Virus record (IMG/VR): IMGVR_UViG_3300030116_006045
Span: 1 to 64,000 of that record
Length of the DNA: 64,000 bases
Source: an uncultured virus (IMG/VR IMGVR_UViG_3300030116_006045)
Taxonomy: Duplodnaviria; Heunggongvirae; Uroviricota; Caudoviricetes
Reading direction: 5' to 3' (one strand)
The notes below the pieces were generated by a model. The model searched no databases, was not told the DNA's origin, and was given only the letters and a program-made list of their open reading frames with translations. How positions within the stretch are numbered: position 1 is the stretch's first letter; every line of letters begins with the position of its first letter. The translations under genes and the position numbers were made by a program. This document shows positions 59,192-64,000 of this stretch, in pieces.

Positions 59192-60027
59192 TGGCAAAGC
59201 AACACTATCAAACATTCAAGGCTAAGAACCTCAGTGGAGGATCTAGCAACATAGGAACAAGTAGGCGTCAGGGTCTTCTTCGTTTCACAGTGGACTTCAA
59301 TAGCCGTGAGCTGGAAATGAGCCTCGGACGTATGGCTCAAGAGGGGCAAGATGTCCTTACTCGATTTTCTGTATTGGCTTTGAGAAGGGCCATGAAGGAA
59401 ACACAGGAGCTTTTACTTGAGCAAGAAATAGGCGATGGTCGTACAGCCCGTGATGTTCGTAACGATGCTGTCGCTGGATCGAAAAATATCTATGTTCGTT
59501 TAGCTGAATCTCTTCGTGTAACATCATCGAATAATCGAGCAAGAATCTATTCAGCACCTTATCCTACCGGATATGTCTCTCAATCCCGACCTGGGAAGGT
59601 AAAACTCGCACGTATTCATGCCGGAGGTTTAGATGAGTTCCCGTATTCTGAGAATCTTCCTATGTATGTGAAGTCATCAATAAGATACGCTGCATTTGAT
59701 AGGGCTAATAACCCGACAGCTCGCGGTAGAACACACGCTCAAACAAGCGGAATGAAAATGGCCGAGGAACACCCAGGATTCTCAAAGACAGATTTCTTAG
59801 GTTATGCGGAGCGGGTTTATGCAGACATATTCAACGAGGAACTATTCGACTATATTTTTAACAAAAGTGAGTTTAGACGTATTTTTAGTAGGGTTATTGC
59901 GTCTAAGGGTACTGATGGTAAGATGGATGGCTACCTTCGAGACATTGTTCACAACCCAGGAACAAAGCATGAGTATGTAGAAAAGAAGCAAGCGTTTAGA
60001 ACATATAGAAGAAACAGGAGTCAGTAA
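59191..60027 (+). CDS. Putative neck/tail-completion protein
   Basis: Basic protein between adaptor and tail terminator; HPG motif. Confidence 0.45.
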   Translation: MAKQHYQTFKAKNLSGGSSNIGTSRRQGLLRFTVDFNSRELEMSLGRMAQEGQDVLTRFSVLALRRAMKETQELLLEQEIGDGRTARDVRNDAVAGSKNIYVRLAESLRVTSSNNRARIYSAPYPTGYVSQSRPGKVKLARIHAGGLDEFPYSENLPMYVKSSIRYAAFDRANNPTARGRTHAQTSGMKMAEEHPGFSKTDFLGYAERVYADIFNEELFDYIFNKSEFRRIFSRVIASKGTDGKMDGYLRDIVHNPGTKHEYVEKKQAFRTYRRNRSQ

Positions 60028-60029
60028 CA

Positions 60030-61109
60030 ATGGCGGTCGCACCTTTTACTACAATTTGGTCGAGTCGTATAGATGGGGGAGATCCCACAGACCCACCAGG
60101 CTCACAGAACACAGCTTTCACAGGAAGTGCTGGGTCAGCTGACGGTAAGAATTGGAAGATCAATAGTAGCACAGGATCTGGCTACTACTCACTTACACCT
60201 ACTACTACTGCCTACACAATGTTCATCGGCATTTCTTACACTAACGCGAGTGATCTCCCCGCTGATGGGACAGTTCTCGCTGAGTTGGACAACGGCACAA
60301 AGAAGGTTCAGCTTCAGGCTGATGGGACAGCTACCGGACTAAAGCTCGTAGGCGCAACAACACAGTCGTTTGGCGATCTGGATCTAACTCGAACAGAGGT
60401 TGATTCGTTACCTACTTCTGTTCGTATCACTCTTGACGCAGCTGGTAACGCGAAAGCCTATCTGTTTGAGATTATAGAAGGTGATGATGGTAACGATCTG
60501 ACTTTAGCTGTTGCGGGTTCTAGCGGTTCAAGTGCAACAGCAAAGTGGGGCAACAATGACGGAGAGGTAACTTGGCATACCACTTACCTATGTACAGCTG
60601 GAGCGTTCAATCCTGATGAGATTTCTATTGCTGACTATACTACACAAACACTCATCCAAACCGCATTCTCTGTTATCGAGACACTAAAGGATAGTTCACG
60701 ATTTCATCTAAAGTCAGTCGATCCAGGCTCTATCTATTATGGTTATGATCTCAGCTCACAAATGATGACCCGCACAGTGCTACCAGCTATCGTAGTTCTT
60801 GTTGAACGTATAGACAGCCCTGATATGTACGCGCTTGCTGGTGTTGCCGCTGAATACACCTTTAACGTAAGAATCATGGTTGTTACAAAGGGAATCGACT
60901 ACAAGAACGCATATCGTCAAGGTTTGGATCTGGTCGGTGAGATAATGGACGAGCTTTACGCTAAGACAGGACTCAAAGCATCTGTGGACTCTCTTACAGC
61001 GCATCAGACCCGCCTTGATAGTCGAATGGACCCCGATGAACAGATTAGTATTCACGACATATCACTAACATATATGAAAAGAATCGATCTCCATCGTCGC
61101 TCACCTTGA
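60030..61109 (+). CDS. Putative tail terminator with N-terminal beta-sandwich domain
   Basis: C-terminal LPAIVV...YTFNVRIMVV pattern, immediately before the tail tube gene. Confidence 0.55.
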   Translation: MAVAPFTTIWSSRIDGGDPTDPPGSQNTAFTGSAGSADGKNWKINSSTGSGYYSLTPTTTAYTMFIGISYTNASDLPADGTVLAELDNGTKKVQLQADGTATGLKLVGATTQSFGDLDLTRTEVDSLPTSVRITLDAAGNAKAYLFEIIEGDDGNDLTLAVAGSSGSSATAKWGNNDGEVTWHTTYLCTAGAFNPDEISIADYTTQTLIQTAFSVIETLKDSSRFHLKSVDPGSIYYGYDLSSQMMTRTVLPAIVVLVERIDSPDMYALAGVAAEYTFNVRIMVVTKGIDYKNAYRQGLDLVGEIMDELYAKTGLKASVDSLTAHQTRLDSRMDPDEQISIHDISLTYMKRIDLHRRSP

Positions 61110-61146
61110 TAAGTCGCCCGAATAGTGATTCGTTATAGGTGAGTCC

Positions 61147-62205
61147 ATGACAAACGTGTTAGCGAGCCGATATGTAGCGTTCATCAAGGAATCGACTTAT
61201 GGTACAGCGGTAGCCGCAAGTTCGAGTTATAAAATTGGTGAAGTGGATGATGAATCATTTACTCAACAGTTCGACGTTCTAAACCGAGCGAGCATGAGCC
61301 ATTACGGAGCTACCGCAGCTACTGAAGGTGTCTTTAGCTCATCCGGTGATATTAACGCGCCTGTAATCCTCGATGATTTTACTTTGATTTGTTTCTTTGA
61401 AGCCTTTGGTGTGGACACTTACAGTGGCGGATCAAAGCAACATCTTCTAAGCGAAACAACCGATGAAGATAATCTAAACTCCTACACTATTCGTGTGGGC
61501 CGTGAAAACAAAGAACACGTTTTCACAGGTATGGTTCTTGATTCTATTTCCCTTAGCGCGAACATCAACGAGTATGCTATGTTCAACGCTTCTTTCGTTG
61601 GATGCGGTGAAGCAGGAACAGCATCTCTTCAAACACCTGGCTCCAGTTTCCCTAACTTTGAGGGATCAGAAGCTTTGCACTTCTCTCGCGCATTCGTTAG
61701 GTTTGGTAACGCGGCTACGGACACACAATTTTCAAAGGCAATCACCAGCTTTGAAGTAACAATCAATTTAGGTCGTGATGTAGAAAACGCCAGATCGCTT
61801 GGAGACAGCACTTACGTCCGAAAGCCAAACCCTACTCTAAGAGAGATTAGTGGTAGCATAGAGTTCAACCGAGCTTTGTATGCTACTTCTCAAGCTGACG
61901 ACCCTGGTGGCACAGCATCTGGTTCTCCAACATACGATGAGTTAAGGCAAGGTCTTGACAGAAACGGAGATAGCGCAGGTCAGGCAGCACTTTCGATTCT
62001 CCTTGAAGAATCAGGTGGCTCTAACTACTTCAGGATGGATCTCTTCAATGTTCATTTCGAGGCTCCTGAAGCTGCAGTAAGTGGTCGTGATGGACAAACT
62101 ATGAGTGTTAGCTTCGTAGGTCTTTATGATTTAGGAGACAGCAACGCTATGGCTCGGTGCTTATTTGAGAAGGACGGCCTCAACGCTAATGCTGCATACA
62201 CATGA
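61147..62205 (+). CDS. Major tail tube protein
   Basis: KESTYGT N-terminus, FTGMVLDSISLS and REISGSIEF; own promoter and RBS; upstream of the chaperone and TMP genes. Confidence 0.8.
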   Translation: MTNVLASRYVAFIKESTYGTAVAASSSYKIGEVDDESFTQQFDVLNRASMSHYGATAATEGVFSSSGDINAPVILDDFTLICFFEAFGVDTYSGGSKQHLLSETTDEDNLNSYTIRVGRENKEHVFTGMVLDSISLSANINEYAMFNASFVGCGEAGTASLQTPGSSFPNFEGSEALHFSRAFVRFGNAATDTQFSKAITSFEVTINLGRDVENARSLGDSTYVRKPNPTLREISGSIEFNRALYATSQADDPGGTASGSPTYDELRQGLDRNGDSAGQAALSILLEESGGSNYFRMDLFNVHFEAPEAAVSGRDGQTMSVSFVGLYDLGDSNAMARCLFEKDGLNANAAYT

Positions 62206-62218
62206 TGAGGTGATTTAG

Positions 62219-62431
62219 GTGGCAGTAGGCGACGGCGGAATCAAGATAGTCGATAAGACAAAGATTACAGTAGCCTCTCTTGCTACTAACTTAGCATCAC
62301 TTCAAACTGATCTCCAAACATTCCTTCGTGGTAGCACTTTTGCTAACAACGATATTATCTATCAAATAATCTACGAGCGCAATAAGAACAATAACGATGT
62401 AATGGTTTATGTCGTATTTGAAGATCAGTAA
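62219..62431 (+). CDS. Small hypothetical tail protein
   Basis: GAGGTGA RBS and GTG start. Confidence 0.55.
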   Translation: MAVGDGGIKIVDKTKITVASLATNLASLQTDLQTFLRGSTFANNDIIYQIIYERNKNNNDVMVYVVFEDQ

Positions 62432-62472
62432 TAGTCGGCCATGAGCCATAAGTAAAAGAAGAAGTGAAAAAA

Positions 62473-62817
62473 ATGCCAGTGAAGAGAAAAGAAGTCGAAC
62501 TAGACGATGGACGCAAGATCTGGGTGCGGCAAGCATCCGGTATGGACAAACTCAAAATCGAGGCCAAGCAGGGGCGAGTACTCCGCAAGGTCCGTCACTT
62601 CGGAGTGGACATGACAGCATGGACCGAAGAACAACAAGATGAGTTCTTGGAACTATGTGATGCGGAAGGCTGTGGCTTTACGGATCAGGTAGAAGCTTGG
62701 GTTCCTAAGTGTGTTCTCGACGATGTTGATACTGACTCCCTGACAAGTGAAGAACTTGTCCGAATCCTAAACGTGATTCGAGGGGAGGACACGGATGATG
62801 TTGTCCCTTTGGCGTAA
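62473..62817 (+). CDS. Tail assembly chaperone (gpG-like)
   Basis: Between tail tube and TMP; ends at a slippery heptamer. Confidence 0.75.
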   Translation: MPVKRKEVELDDGRKIWVRQASGMDKLKIEAKQGRVLRKVRHFGVDMTAWTEEQQDEFLELCDAEGCGFTDQVEAWVPKCVLDDVDTDSLTSEELVRILNVIRGEDTDDVVPLA

Positions 62818-63098
62818 TCTATCAGGTAGCCCCGATCCTGTGTTCGACGTTCAAGGGGATTCTTCCTTCGGATCTGGTGGACAGATACGATGGGCCGTTA
62901 GGTCGTTGGAAGATGGAGTTAGATGTAGCAGTAGCTGGAGAAATAGCAGACCAATTGAACGAGTCAGCTCAGTCCAACAAGAAAGGAGCCAACCGCAACA
63001 AAGCTCGCGGTGCTGTGGCTCGTCGGAAACAGCGCAGAAAGCTGTATTCGGGAGTCGAAACGAGTGATTCGCTTAAGAGTATGATGGAGGGAGATTGA
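62805..63098 (+). CDS. -1 frameshift extension of the tail chaperone (gpGT-like)
   Basis: C CCT TTG (62805-62811) is an X XXY YYZ site; the -1 frame is open from there (FGVIYQVAPILC...) to TGA at 63098. Confidence 0.75.
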   Translation, partial: PFGVIYQVAPILCSTFKGILPSDLVDRYDGPLGRWKMELDVAVAGEIADQLNESAQSNKKGANRNKARGAVARRKQRRKLYSGVETSDSLKSMMEGD

Positions 63099-64000
63099 TG
63101 GCACGTGTTGGTGGTTCCCGTGTATTCTTCGACGTTATTGGTGTGATGAACACAGCCAAGATGGTCAAAGATGCTCAGGACTCCGCCACAGTGATTCGTG
63201 CGTTATATCTTGATGCCTTTGAAGGGATCACAGGTTCTTTAGACGGAATATTTGGAGGCGTAACTCAGGCGGTAGAAGCCCTTCGTGATCCCGCTATGGA
63301 GCTTGGGGAATCACAGATTTTCTTCCGTAAGTTCTTCGACTTCGACGATGTTGCTGCTTATGAATCACGTATTATGGATCTAGGAGTGGCCTTTGGGTTC
63401 ACTGCATCCGAAGCACTTGAAGCCGGTGCAAAGATGGCGCAGCTCGGTGGTCAGATTGGTGGTCAAGGAGCTGTTGAAGGTCTAACCGAAGCAAGTATGT
63501 TATTCGGGTTAGTCGGTGGTATGACTACTGAAGATGCGGCAACAAAGCTGGTTTCGTTAGGTCAGCAGACAGGTTTCTTCTACGAAGGGACTACAAGAGA
63601 GGCACNNNNNNNNNNTCACTTATGTCGATGGATGCTGAAGAGCAACGACAAATTGTTCTTCGTAATTCACTTCATGCGATGGATCAGCTAAACACTGTCG
63701 AAAACAACAGCCTCGCTACCATGTCGCAATTATCTGAGGCTATGGATAACTTCTCGGCGTCTGCAACCATTTCTAATGAGTCGCTTGCTAACCAGGCAGC
63801 TCAGGCCGCTATCTTGATTCAGTCAGGGGAAAGAGCATCTAAAGCTGGTCGTGGTTTGCGTACCATCTATACTAGATTAGCCACCGACACAGGTGGTGCT
63901 GCCACAGCACTTCATGAAGTCGGTGTAGCAACAACGGACGCATCAGGAGAGCTTATCGGTCTAAACGACATACTCACACAGTTACACGCCGTAGGGTTTG
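63098..64000 (+). CDS. Tail tape measure protein, N-terminal part (TP901-type; interrupted by an N gap, runs off the window)
   Basis: After the gap the frame reads ...MDQLNTVENNSLATMSQLSEAM...GERASKAGRGLRTIYTRL...GVATTDASGELIGLNDIL, the TP901 TMP core. Confidence 0.85.

Noticed and set aside
63606..63615. Apparent frameshift and premature stop in the tape-measure gene (ORF track ends at 63691)
   Set aside because: Caused by a 10-N scaffold gap. The flanks (GAGGCAC / TCACTTATG) can be merged to read ...TREALMSMDAEE..., and a TMP-like frame continues to the window end.
1..64000. tRNA, rRNA, integrase, transposase, intein or DNA ligase genes
   Set aside because: None recognised by eye. A tRNAscan/Infernal/HMM run would be needed to exclude them formally.

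Overview
This window is almost the whole genome of a tailed dsDNA virus (Caudoviricetes, siphovirus-like tail) of an archaeon. It is most likely a marine Poseidoniales (Marine Group II) virus, a 'magrovirus'. The host is inferred from the archaeal-type replication proteins, GGTGA/GGAGG ribosome-binding sites, TATA-type promoters and GCTD-repeat protein; it cannot be proven here. The window starts in the 3' part of the tape-measure gene and ends in its 5' part, so it is a circularly permuted, nearly complete genome. Layout: (+) tape-measure end and a 2783-aa tail protein (1-9328). (-) Replication, recombination and DNA-modification arm (9315-32800): ERCC4 nuclease, PriS-PriL fusion primase, Cas4-like nuclease, three DNA methyltransferases, PolB, sliding clamp, RecA-like ATPase, RPA, DpdA-like transglycosylase, Mom-like acyltransferase, RFC and MCM-like helicase. 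(-) About 30 small early genes (32860-42225). A non-coding switch region with iterons (42226-42979). (-) Metallophosphoesterase and terminase. (+) Portal, membrane/lysis-like cassette, protease/scaffold, capsid, neck and tail genes (47114-64000). Main observations: (1) PolB, all three MTases, the DpdA-like enzyme and a putative clamp-loader subunit share a C-terminal [EQK]-W-[LVI]-stop tail resembling a PIP box, which suggests a clamp-tethered DNA-modification toolbelt. (2) The non-palindromic octamer GGATCTGG occurs at least 52 times, against about 2 expected. (3) A 2.2-kb AGCT-free pre-early block is bracketed by AGCT/GATC-dense repeat clusters, reminiscent of T5 two-step injection. (4) An unannotated 46-aa Zn-finger microprotein copies the tape-measure N-terminus. 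(5) There is an alternative-frame ORF inside the C5-MTase, a -1 frameshift tail chaperone and a nested scaffold gene. All product calls come from motif recognition by eye; no database searches were run.
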